Notes under the pieces: generated by a model
The model's input: only the letters and a program-made list of their open reading frames with translations
Told to the model about the DNA's origin: nothing
Database searches by the model: none
Program-made: the position numbers and the translations under genes
Source: Promethearchaeota archaeon
Lineage (GTDB): Archaea > Asgardarchaeota > Lokiarchaeia > Sigyniarchaeales > SOKP01
Direction: 5' to 3'
NCBI GenBank assembly: GCA_019058295.1
Contig: JAHPZI010000020.1
Span: forward strand, 42,632-92,155
DNA: 49,524 nt
Shown here: positions 38,982 through 48,572 of the stretch, in pieces
How the letters are laid out: every line of letters starts with the position of its first letter
Position numbering within the stretch: the stretch's first letter is position 1

Positions 38982-39720
38982 AAGCCAAATTAAGAAATTA
39001 GATACTCAAGAAGACTTTGTAAAAACTGAAAAAAAAGCATTTGTCATAGAGCTAAAAAATATTGATAAATTCTATTATACTGGTGTTGCAACTCAGGTTT
39101 TATTTGATATTAATCTACAATTTAGACAAGGATCATTTAATTCTATTGTAGGTCCCTCTGGAAGCGGAAAATCCACGTTGATGAATCTAATTGGTACGCT
39201 GGATAAACCTACTAAAGGTGAAATATACATTGATGGTAAAAGGACAGATAAAATGACGAAAAAAGAATTAGCAGAATTAAGAAACAAAGCAATTGGCTTT
39301 GTATTTCAATTCCATTATCTCCTACCAGAATATACAGCATTAGAAAATGTATTATTACCCCATAGAATAAGTAAAGAAAAAATAACAAAAGAAACTAAAA
39401 CGAGAGCATTAGATTTATTAACATTTATGGGTATAGAGGATGTGAAGAATAATTTAGCCAATAATATGTCTGGAGGGCAACAACAAAGAACGGCAATTGC
39501 ACGAGCTTTAATGAATAATCCTAAGATTCTTTTAGCTGATGAACCAACAGGTAATTTAGATACAGATTCAACCGACAGAGTATATGATTTATTAAGAGAT
39601 ATTAATGAAGACTTTAAAACTACAATTATCGTCATAACCCATGAAAGACGAATCGCTGAAAAAACAGATAGAATTATAGAAATCCGAGATGGAAGAATTC
39701 ACTTGGATCTTCTTAAATAA
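38974..39720 (+). CDS. ABC transporter ATP-binding protein, LolD/MacB family
   Basis: GPSGSGKS, GFVFQ, MSGGQQQR, LLADEPTGNLD, ITHE. Confidence 0.93.
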   Translation: MVESQIKKLDTQEDFVKTEKKAFVIELKNIDKFYYTGVATQVLFDINLQFRQGSFNSIVGPSGSGKSTLMNLIGTLDKPTKGEIYIDGKRTDKMTKKELAELRNKAIGFVFQFHYLLPEYTALENVLLPHRISKEKITKETKTRALDLLTFMGIEDVKNNLANNMSGGQQQRTAIARALMNNPKILLADEPTGNLDTDSTDRVYDLLRDINEDFKTTIIVITHERRIAEKTDRIIEIRDGRIHLDLLK

Positions 39721-39740
39721 AATTTATTTTTTTTATTATA

Positions 39741-41393
39741 TTAACTTAAAGGACTCAAAATATAAAGTGGCCATTTTTTGAGAATCCCTTTTGGAATTTG
39801 GCCATTTCTCACCTTGGCTAGCATTTCTGACCTTATTTTTAAAAAATCAACTGGTGGTTCATCTATTAATTCAAGTTGAAGATATTTTTCCTTTATTGCA
39901 TCATATATTCCCTGTAATTTTGGCATCTTTGAAATTTTTTCCAAAAAATCATTTAGAGTTACACAATTGGAATTTTCATTTACTTGTAAAAATAATTTCC
40001 ATGGCTTAATTTCATTGATTTTATCAGCTGATTCTATAAGTAACATTGAATCCATATTAATTTGACATTTTGTATTCAAATAATTTAATAGAGTTCGAGG
40101 TTCTATTATCTCAAATTTTTCAAAAGAAAAATAATCTCCTGCGTATATATTATAATTTGAAGGTCTTTTAACTTTTTTAGAAATATTTATTGGATACTTA
40201 AGGCTGAATCCAGCTCTTAATATTTTTCCATCAATTATAGGAAGTGCATCTTGATTTTTAATATATATAACATCTCCAATATCAATATTGATAAGAGAAT
40301 GTCCATTGTTAAAACGCGACACATATAATTTTCCTATTTTATGAGAAGATCTTGAAATTAAGCTTTTTTCTCCTTTTGTTTCAATGACAGGTAAAGTTAA
40401 AGGAAAAACAAACATCTGGTTTGAACGAGAAAGTTCATAATCTTCTTTTTTAATACTTGCAGCAAATGGTCCCATTTCAGATGCTACATATAGATTAGTG
40501 AATTTTTCTTTACCCTTTTCCCATTTCATGAATTTTCTTATGAGATCCCAATCAGTTTGGCTTAAAGAGCTAATGCTAAATATTATTGTTGCGTTAGATA
40601 ATTTATCCGATAATAAGCTATATATCTTGTTTGAAGCAGAATTAATACCTTCTCTTTTAATTAAATCTATTAAGTTATGAGATTCCAATGAATTTCGCGT
40701 ATTTGTATTTCTTAGGAATTTCTTGATCTCTTCAGATAGCCTTTTCTTATTTGCCCATTTTAAGATTGTAATAGCCGGTGCTGATATGACTGCGATATCA
40801 TTCAAATTTAAAATTTTTGAAATTATTTCTAAATCAGTTGCTTTTTTATATTCATAAAATAAGTAAATTTTAGGTTTTAAAACTGATAGCATAACTCTTT
40901 GTGAGAGTTCCGAAGAGTATAAAGAGATATATTCTTCTCCATTCATCTGATTGATTCCATCAAAATTCATACGCGACGGAACGAAAATTATTGCTGCTGA
41001 TTTAGAATCTAAACCACTCGATTCGAAAATTGCTTGCATTCCAGGAGCCCATAATCTTTCAATGAGTTTTTTCGTCATATGAAACCATTTTAATTGTGAA
41101 ATATCGCTATTTGTCGTTCCTGAAGTATGACATAAAATTAGAGGCTTTTTGAAGTTATATGAATTCAAAAATGATAAGAGATCTATTGAAAAGCTTCTCG
41201 AATTTATTTTTTCTTTTTTGATTCTCTCATAAATATTATCTATTGAATCCAATCCTGTTAACTTTAATGTAAGTTCTTCGTAATTCTCACGTGAAGGTAA
41301 CTTAAGCCAATTTTGCCAATCAACCATCTTATAATTTGAAATAAAATTATTAAAAATTTTCTGAGTTTTTTCATCAAAATCGAAAAATTTCAT
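39741..41393 (-). CDS. Adenylate-forming (ANL-superfamily; LuxE/GH3/PaaK-like) enzyme
   Basis: HTSGTT (P-loop-like A3), YVASEMG (A5), IDIGD (A7). Confidence 0.6.
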   Translation of the reverse strand: MKFFDFDEKTQKIFNNFISNYKMVDWQNWLKLPSRENYEELTLKLTGLDSIDNIYERIKKEKINSRSFSIDLLSFLNSYNFKKPLILCHTSGTTNSDISQLKWFHMTKKLIERLWAPGMQAIFESSGLDSKSAAIIFVPSRMNFDGINQMNGEEYISLYSSELSQRVMLSVLKPKIYLFYEYKKATDLEIISKILNLNDIAVISAPAITILKWANKKRLSEEIKKFLRNTNTRNSLESHNLIDLIKREGINSASNKIYSLLSDKLSNATIIFSISSLSQTDWDLIRKFMKWEKGKEKFTNLYVASEMGPFAASIKKEDYELSRSNQMFVFPLTLPVIETKGEKSLISRSSHKIGKLYVSRFNNGHSLINIDIGDVIYIKNQDALPIIDGKILRAGFSLKYPINISKKVKRPSNYNIYAGDYFSFEKFEIIEPRTLLNYLNTKCQINMDSMLLIESADKINEIKPWKLFLQVNENSNCVTLNDFLEKISKMPKLQGIYDAIKEKYLQLELIDEPPVDFLKIRSEMLAKVRNGQIPKGILKKWPLYILSPLS

Positions 41394-41494
41394 TTTATTT
41401 CTAAAAAATCTTTTAAAAACAATATTTATTATAAAAGAAAATAATAATAAGATCTTTTTAAGAATTGATAAAATTATTTAAAGAGAGAAATAAA

Positions 41495-42391
41495 TTAATC
41501 AGAATTAAATCTTGGGTCATTTTTAATTAATTTCATAGCTTTTAAAACACTTTTTTCCTTATCTTTAATTTCTAACATTAAATCAAAATTAAAATCTAAA
41601 GTGTTTTTAATAAATTGCTCAAAATGGTTAAGATCAATTTCATTTGCATGATTTCCTTTTTTTCCACCTACTTTTTGACTACTGTAGTGCACAATTGGGA
41701 TGCCATCTTCATCATACCAAGTTTTAAAAAATAATTTAAATGCTTCTGAGAGGGATTCACCAGAGTTGAAACACTCATGGTGATAAACATCTAGAACAAT
41801 TGGAATTTCTGTTTTTTTATGAATTTGAAGGCAGTCATTTAAATTATAGCTTTTTTCATCATTTTCTATAATTAATCTACGTTTGATATTATCGTCTAAA
41901 GAGTTATATCTCTTAATAAATCGGTTAATACTTTCTTGTTTATTTTGATAAACACCACCCACATGAATTTGAATTTTTGCTTTTGAATCTAATTCCATTA
42001 AATCTAATACTTCTACATGATAAGCAAGGTCGAGAAGACTATTTTTATATACCTTCTGATTAATTGAATTTAGAACCGTATATTGCCCTGGATGCATGGT
42101 TATTCTCATTTTATTTTTTTTAATAAATTGGCCAATTTGCCAAAAATCTGACTTGAAATACTTCTGCCAATAAAAGTTCATTATCGAATGGGACGCAAAA
42201 GGAATAAGATCTGAGGTAATTCTAAAAAAATGGATTCGATTCTCTTTATTATACTTTAAAATATTTAATAGGCAATCCAGATTGGATTTTATTATTTCTT
42301 TAAGTCTTTTTTCTGAATAATTTTTTAATCTGAATGTTCTGCTACTTCTACAATCCAATGATAAATTAATACATGGATAACCAATCTTCAT
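41495..42391 (-). CDS. uvsE: UV DNA damage endonuclease
   Basis: MKIGYPCIN, FFRITSDLIPFASH, MHPGQYTVLNS, HVGG, ENDE, DVYHH, HYSS, MLEIKDKE. Confidence 0.93.
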   Translation of the reverse strand: MKIGYPCINLSLDCRSSRTFRLKNYSEKRLKEIIKSNLDCLLNILKYNKENRIHFFRITSDLIPFASHSIMNFYWQKYFKSDFWQIGQFIKKNKMRITMHPGQYTVLNSINQKVYKNSLLDLAYHVEVLDLMELDSKAKIQIHVGGVYQNKQESINRFIKRYNSLDDNIKRRLIIENDEKSYNLNDCLQIHKKTEIPIVLDVYHHECFNSGESLSEAFKLFFKTWYDEDGIPIVHYSSQKVGGKKGNHANEIDLNHFEQFIKNTLDFNFDLMLEIKDKEKSVLKAMKLIKNDPRFNSD

Positions 42392-42404
42392 TTTTAGATA
42401 TTTT

Positions 42405-42911
42405 TTATAATTGGTAATAATATGTTATTCCATATTGTCCAGTTAAAGAATCTTGGAATATTGGCAGCCTGGGCGGAAGATACGTGAATAAAATAAATAA
42501 AAAGGCTAGAAAAATGATTAATATAAGGGAGATATTTGATATTATATTTGGTTGTTCATTAGAAATCATTATCTTATAACTTAAGATATGTCCAATTACG
42601 ATTGCTAAAATAAAAATCAATATATCCATAATTAATAAATGAGTCCCTAAAATCGCAGTATATGAATAAAAAAGGATAATAATAGACGCAGAAAAAGTAT
42701 AGGCTGCGATCATTTTAGCAAATATAAAATTATTAATACTTTCTTTTATAAATTTGTATTCAATCGGAGAAAAGAATAAAATTGGCCAGAAACCCAATTT
42801 TAAATGCTCCCATACACTTTCATTTACTCCGGCTATGGCTCCAACAGGATAGAAATATCCTGATAATTCAAATAAAAAATGTAGAAAAGATCCTACAATT
42901 AAGACAAACAA
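42405..42911 (-). CDS. Small multi-TM membrane protein (DUF6512-like); probably starts upstream at ATA 42950
   Basis: GSFLHF..E, VNESVWEHLKL, FTYLPPRLPIFQD...GQYGI. Confidence 0.7.
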   Translation of the reverse strand: MFVLIVGSFLHFLFELSGYFYPVGAIAGVNESVWEHLKLGFWPILFFSPIEYKFIKESINNFIFAKMIAAYTFSASIIILFYSYTAILGTHLLIMDILIFILAIVIGHILSYKIMISNEQPNIISNISLILIIFLAFLFILFTYLPPRLPIFQDSLTGQYGITYYYQL

Positions 42912-42994
42912 AACACTAAATAATTCCCATTTTAGTATATCATTTTCTATTATTTTTCACCTTTTTGAAATAAAATTAAAAGAAAAAAGACTTA

Positions 42995-43816
42995 TTATTT
43001 TTTCTTCTTCGGGAACCAAGGGATAAATGCACTAGTTCTACGTTTATAATCAGCATATTCATCATCACCTTCAAATCTCTTGTTTAGTAATTTAACTCCC
43101 GAAACCTTGATAATCTGAATAGTGATATAAATTGGGGCAAAAATTGTTATAAATCCCCAAGGAACAGCTAAGGCAATAATGAATAAACCCCACCACATCG
43201 TTACTTCACCAAAATAATTAGGATGTTGAGTATATTTCCATAAACCCTGATCCAAGACCTTTTTTGTTCTATTAGGTGTGTGTAAGAATTTATAAAGCTG
43301 ATAATCTCCAACTGTTTCAAAATAAAATCCAAGTATCCATATTAATATTCCTAATACTAGAGTTATGAATGCTAAATCAAAAAAAGATATAGTTAGAGGA
43401 GGGATTTCACTTGCATTTATCCATAAAACTGGAAAGACCACAATAAAGATTACTAATCCTTGAAATAGATAGATCTTAGTAAAACTCTTAATAAATACAC
43501 TTTTTCCAGCTTCTTTCCATCTCTTTCTCATTGCAGCATACCGATAATCTTCTGGTTTTCCATGGTTCCTTATGTATACATATGTAGATAATCTTATGGA
43601 CCATAATAGTACTAAAATCGTTACAATTAGTTTCCGCAATGATAAAGTTCCATTCCAGAGAAAATCTAATATAAAACTAGTAAAAGCCACTACAAAGTAC
43701 CCTGGACCATAAAAAATGTCCATAATTGCATTATTTTTTTTAATAGTTCCTACTATACATGCTATTAAAATATATAGAAACAATGCGGCTGCTGAAAATA
43801 AAATATTCCATAACAT
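42995..43816 (-). CDS. DUF1295 / steroid 5-alpha-reductase-like membrane protein
   Basis: WSIRL, EDYRY, FETVGDYQL, GLWKYTQHPNYFGE..WWG, SGV, RTSAFIPWFP. Confidence 0.88.
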   Translation of the reverse strand: MLWNILFSAAALFLYILIACIVGTIKKNNAIMDIFYGPGYFVVAFTSFILDFLWNGTLSLRKLIVTILVLLWSIRLSTYVYIRNHGKPEDYRYAAMRKRWKEAGKSVFIKSFTKIYLFQGLVIFIVVFPVLWINASEIPPLTISFFDLAFITLVLGILIWILGFYFETVGDYQLYKFLHTPNRTKKVLDQGLWKYTQHPNYFGEVTMWWGLFIIALAVPWGFITIFAPIYITIQIIKVSGVKLLNKRFEGDDEYADYKRRTSAFIPWFPKKKK

Positions 43817-43934
43817 AAGAATCCCTATGAATAATTATTATGATTTATTATTTATTCTAACTCATAATAAACTATAAATGATAATAAGAGGAATTGAATA
43901 ATACCTAAGTTAAAATATAAAAATTATTATAATT

Positions 43935-44795
43935 TTATACTAAATCCTTTTTATCTTCATCAATAATAACTTCTGTTTTGGCTTCGAATTTTTTTTCTTG
44001 ATCAACATCTCTTTTAAATATCAATCCTCTGCGTAATTCTGCATATTTATTTTGCTTTAATTTTATACCTGGGATTCCAAAATAAATCCATCCTGGTTCC
44101 AAAATTTGATTAAGGTTAGTACTTGAAAGAGCTCCAATAATCGTATCTTTTCCGATTATTGTACCGGGGGATATACTAGAGACGCCTCCTATCACGCTAT
44201 AATCATCGAAAAATACTCTCCTAATTATTAAATATTTCCCTACAACCATTGAGCTCATAACAACCGCACCTTGTCCAACAGTCACTTTCCGTCCAAAACT
44301 AACAAAATCAAAATCAACCCACGCATCATATAAATGACTAGTAAAGTCAATTTTCGTACCAAACCATCTAAATGCTAAAGTATCTATCCAAGGGAGAGGA
44401 CAATTGTTCATTAACCAAGCATTCAGTTTTTTTAATTCTGTTCTGAGGCACCAAAACTCAAAATCCTTATTTCCTTTCTCTGCTAAGAAGACGCCCTCTT
44501 TTGGCTTATGAATCAAATTAAGTAAAATTAAAAACAATTTACTTAATATTGCACTGGTAAATATGAAGATAAAATAGGAACAAAAGATCATTATTGGCAA
44601 CATTAGCATTACGATGATCCAATTATTAATATGAAAGGCAAAACCATACCAGCACATCCCTAAAAACAATCCACTGAGCCAAAAAATGGGGAGATAAATA
44701 ATTAGAATTTTAATACTAACTCGCGAAATTGCGCTTGAAGTAGTAAAATCAATTAAAAAATCATTATGATCCACAATTTCTGTTTTTTCTGTCAT
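43935..44795 (-). CDS. Membrane-bound left-handed beta-helix acyltransferase-like protein
   Basis: Two TM helices then hexapeptide repeats (FGRKVTVGQGAVV, IGGVSSISPGTIIGKDTIIGA), YFGIP. Confidence 0.72.
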   Translation of the reverse strand: MTEKTEIVDHNDFLIDFTTSSAISRVSIKILIIYLPIFWLSGLFLGMCWYGFAFHINNWIIVMLMLPIMIFCSYFIFIFTSAILSKLFLILLNLIHKPKEGVFLAEKGNKDFEFWCLRTELKKLNAWLMNNCPLPWIDTLAFRWFGTKIDFTSHLYDAWVDFDFVSFGRKVTVGQGAVVMSSMVVGKYLIIRRVFFDDYSVIGGVSSISPGTIIGKDTIIGALSSTNLNQILEPGWIYFGIPGIKLKQNKYAELRRGLIFKRDVDQEKKFEAKTEVIIDEDKKDLV

Positions 44796-44809
44796 CTTTT
44801 CTTAATTTT

Positions 44810-45715
44810 TTAAATTTTGTTTAATTCTTCCTTTATTTTATTATATTTTTCTCTTAGATTTTTATCTTTTTCCATATTTTCTTCATCAATTTTCAAATAT
44901 TCCATAATTCTTTTCTTAAAAATTCTTCTTAAAGGGACACCAAAATAATAATTATTTCCTTTTAGAATACTATGTTTTGTTGCTCCAGCTAAGGGGAATA
45001 AATATGAATTATCTCCTATAGAGACGCCAGGAGCAACGCAATTGAGTCCCGCAGTAGTGACATTGTCTCCTAATTTAATTTTAAAATAAGATATATTACC
45101 AAAAATTCCTTCAACTGAATGAGAACTAAAACCGCAATTCACACCAATATAAGAATTATCCCCAACTTCAATAAATCTATCCGCACCAAATTGTTCTTCT
45201 ATTGTTGTTCCTTTACCAATCTTATTAGTGCCTACGAAATTATAGAGCCAGTTTATTAACCATGGAAATGGCCCTTTTATAATAGCACTCTTGGGATATT
45301 TAATCATAAATGAACGAATATTATAGTAATTTAATGTTTTACTATTTATATTTCTAGGTAAGATTCCTTCTTTACTAGGGGATATCTTTTCTGTAATTCT
45401 CCAAAACCATCGAGTAATTAAACCCATAATGAAGAGATGAATTAAATAACAAAATATAATTAATAAAGGCGTTAAAATCAACGCTAATAACGAATTTATA
45501 TCTATAAATAAAGTGTAAAAACTTTTTGTGTCTAAAAAATAAGGTACAAAAAAATATCTTAAATAAAGTATTAATATAATGCTTGGTATGGAAAAAGAAG
45601 CTAAAAAAATTATGAAAAAAGCAAACAAATACCAATGAAATTGAAGATTGACCTCTTGTCTTTTTAAATCTTCATTGAGTTCCTTTTCAACTATTCTTTT
45701 TTCATCAATTCCCAT
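44810..45715 (-). CDS. Membrane-bound left-handed beta-helix acyltransferase-like protein (paralog)
   Basis: Two TM helices, KIGKGTTI, VGDNSYIG, SSH, LGDNVT...PGVSIGDNS, YFGVP. Confidence 0.72.
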   Translation of the reverse strand: MGIDEKRIVEKELNEDLKRQEVNLQFHWYLFAFFIIFLASFSIPSIILILYLRYFFVPYFLDTKSFYTLFIDINSLLALILTPLLIIFCYLIHLFIMGLITRWFWRITEKISPSKEGILPRNINSKTLNYYNIRSFMIKYPKSAIIKGPFPWLINWLYNFVGTNKIGKGTTIEEQFGADRFIEVGDNSYIGVNCGFSSHSVEGIFGNISYFKIKLGDNVTTAGLNCVAPGVSIGDNSYLFPLAGATKHSILKGNNYYFGVPLRRIFKKRIMEYLKIDEENMEKDKNLREKYNKIKEELNKI

Positions 45716-46161
45716 TTTTATTTAACAATAAAATTAAACTGATTTTAATCTTTATAAATGATTTATATTAAAAAATTTGCTTTGATTACAGAAAAAAATT
45801 TTAGCCTTAATGTTAAGTTCTTTTAAATTTTCCAAATTAAAAAATATGCCGAATTTTCAACTAAAAATTATTAATTCAGTTAACTTTTTTTGTTTAAATA
45901 TAGTTGTTATTATTATTTTAATTAAAATAGACGACAAAAAACAAGATTAAATTTTATTATCAATAAAAATTAATACTTAAAAATTTTTCAATTTATTGGA
46001 CCTATAAATTAGGTAAAAACCAAAAATAGAGCCATTATTAAACCAAAAACATCAATTTTTAAAAAACATAAAATAATTATTACATTTATTATAAATATAA
46101 GGCGTAAAATGAATATTTTTCTTCAAAATATGCCGACAAAATCTAAAATAAAAATTACATT

Positions 46162-48417
46162 GTGAATATTGGAGATATCATGACAAATAACTCATTCTCA
46201 TTGATAGATTTATATCCAAAATACGTGATTAACTCTAAAGGTGAGAAGAAACCATTTGATGAAAATAACATCGCTAAAATCCTCAATAAAGAAACTGGTT
46301 TAGATATGAGTATCGCTGAGAAGGTTGCTGAGGATGTTATCCGTAAAATTATTGGCCTTGGAATGGATGAAATTACAACCAATTATATCCGAGAGCTTGT
46401 ATGTGTCGAATTGACGCAGCGTGGTATGAATAAATACAGAAATCTATTCGCAAGAGCAATAAATCTCGAAAATATCAATTTTAAGCTTTCTGAAGAATTT
46501 ATTGATGATTATAAAACTAAAACGCCAAATTGGGGCCCTATTGGATATTTTACTTATAAAAGAACCTATGCTCGAATAATTGAAGCTAAAAATCGTAAAG
46601 AAGAATTTTGGGAAACCGTTAGAAGAGTAGTAGAAGGATGCTATTCTGTCCAAAAAGAGCATTGTATTAAGCTTTCTTTGCCCTGGAGTGATAAAAAAGC
46701 TCAAAAATCTGCGCAAAAGATGTATGATAAGATTTGGAACTTTAAAATGTTGCCTCCAGGAAGAGGGTTGTGGATGATGGGTACTGAATTTATAGCTCGA
46801 CATGGTTCAATGGCTCTTAATAATTGTGGCTTTGCTTCAACAGAAGATATCGATCTTAAATATACTAAAGCATTTGAGTTTGTCATGGACGCATTAATGC
46901 TTGGTGTAGGGGTAGGTTTTGATACAAAAGGAGCTGGAAAAATTAAGATTAAGAAACCTCAAGAGGGTCATTTTGATTTTCAGCTTCCCGATAGCCGGGA
47001 AGGTTGGGTTGAAGCGCTCAAATTAACATTGGAAGCTTATTTCTTAGGCAAACAACTTCCGAAACATGATTTTTCGAAGATTCGCCCTGCAGGTGAACCA
47101 ATAAGAGGTTTTGGTGGGATTGCGTCAGGGCCAGAACCGTTAAAATCAATGTTGGAAAATGTTTCGAAAATTTTGGAAGCCCGAATAGGTCAGACTATCA
47201 CATCAATAGATATTTTAGATATAATGAATCTTATTGGAAAATGCGTTGTAGCTGGAAATGTGAGAAGGAGCGCTGAGATTGCTTTAGGAAATCCGACAGA
47301 TTTAGATTTTATTACATGCAAACAAGACAAAGAAAAACTTTATTCTCATAGATGGGCAAGCAATAATAGTGTATTTGCCGTAAAAGGTCTTGATTATTCA
47401 TTTATAGCAGACCAGCTTGCTGTAAATGGTGAGCCTGGTGTTTTTTGGTTGGAGAATGCAAAGGCATATTCACGAATGGGAGATCCACCTGATAATAAGG
47501 ATAAAAAAGCAGCAGGTGTTAATCCTTGTGGAGAACAGACATTAGAATCATTTGAATTGTGCTGTTTAGTGGAAACATTTCCTTCAAGACATGATTCCTA
47601 CCAGGAATTTCAAGAAACATTGAAGTATGCATATCTATATGCCAAATCGGTTACTTTAGTGAATACACATTGGAAAGAGACTAATGCTGTTATGTTAAAA
47701 AATCGACGAATGGGCATTTCTCAAACTGGTATCATTGAAGCCTTTGTGAAACATGGACGCAGAAAAATGCTTGAGTGGTGTGATAAAGGTTACGATTACC
47801 TGAGACGATTAGACGAAACATATTCTGGTTGGCTCTGTATTCCTAAGTCCATTAAGTTAACAACTGTAAAACCAAGTGGAACTGTAAGCTTACTCCCTGG
47901 TGTTCCGCCTGGTATCCATTATCCTCATTCTGAATATTACATTCGGAGAGTAAGAATCTCAAAGAACTCAGATTTGGTTGAACCAATAAAAACCGCAGGA
48001 TATTACATTGAAGATGATTTATATTCAGATAATTCTTATGTGATTGAATTTCCTATACATGAAGAATATTTTGATCGCTCTAAGAATGATGTTTCCATCT
48101 GGGAACAAGCAGAAAACGCTGCTGCTTATCAAAAGTATTGGTCTGATAATCAAGTCTCGATTACGATTACTTTCAACCCTGAATTGGAGGCTAGCCAGAT
48201 TAAACACGTACTTGAATGTTATGAAGATAAACTAAAAAGCGTAAGTTTCTTACCTATAAAAGAACATGGTTATAAACAAGCCCCATACGAGGAAATTTCA
48301 AAAGAAAAATATGAAGAACTGATTTCTAAACTTAAACCTTTCACGCTGGATGAGACAACGGATAGGGTTATAGGAGAGAAGTTTTGCGATTCAGATAGAT
48401 GTGAAATTCGATTCTAA
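46162..48417 (+). CDS. nrdJ: Class II (AdoCbl-dependent) ribonucleoside-triphosphate reductase with N-terminal ATP-cone; probable start ATG 46180
   Basis: ATP-cone (VINSKGEKKPFD...IRELVCVEL), YKRTYAR, PPGRGLW, LNNC, GNVRRSAE, NPCGEQ, LCCLVE, VKPSGT, C-terminal CDSDRC; no intein. Confidence 0.93.
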   Translation: MNIGDIMTNNSFSLIDLYPKYVINSKGEKKPFDENNIAKILNKETGLDMSIAEKVAEDVIRKIIGLGMDEITTNYIRELVCVELTQRGMNKYRNLFARAINLENINFKLSEEFIDDYKTKTPNWGPIGYFTYKRTYARIIEAKNRKEEFWETVRRVVEGCYSVQKEHCIKLSLPWSDKKAQKSAQKMYDKIWNFKMLPPGRGLWMMGTEFIARHGSMALNNCGFASTEDIDLKYTKAFEFVMDALMLGVGVGFDTKGAGKIKIKKPQEGHFDFQLPDSREGWVEALKLTLEAYFLGKQLPKHDFSKIRPAGEPIRGFGGIASGPEPLKSMLENVSKILEARIGQTITSIDILDIMNLIGKCVVAGNVRRSAEIALGNPTDLDFITCKQDKEKLYSHRWASNNSVFAVKGLDYSFIADQLAVNGEPGVFWLENAKAYSRMGDPPDNKDKKAAGVNPCGEQTLESFELCCLVETFPSRHDSYQEFQETLKYAYLYAKSVTLVNTHWKETNAVMLKNRRMGISQTGIIEAFVKHGRRKMLEWCDKGYDYLRRLDETYSGWLCIPKSIKLTTVKPSGTVSLLPGVPPGIHYPHSEYYIRRVRISKNSDLVEPIKTAGYYIEDDLYSDNSYVIEFPIHEEYFDRSKNDVSIWEQAENAAAYQKYWSDNQVSITITFNPELEASQIKHVLECYEDKLKSVSFLPIKEHGYKQAPYEEISKEKYEELISKLKPFTLDETTDRVIGEKFCDSDRCEIRF

Positions 48418-48572
48418 TTTCCAAAGATATATCATTTTTTCCATTTTTCAATTTTGAGTAATATTTAACAATTCTTTCTCTTCTTTTTAAGAAAAATTTT
48501 ATATGATAAACAATAGAATTTCCTTGTAAGAGGATATCTAAATAAAATATTGTATTTATTACGTTTTGGATT

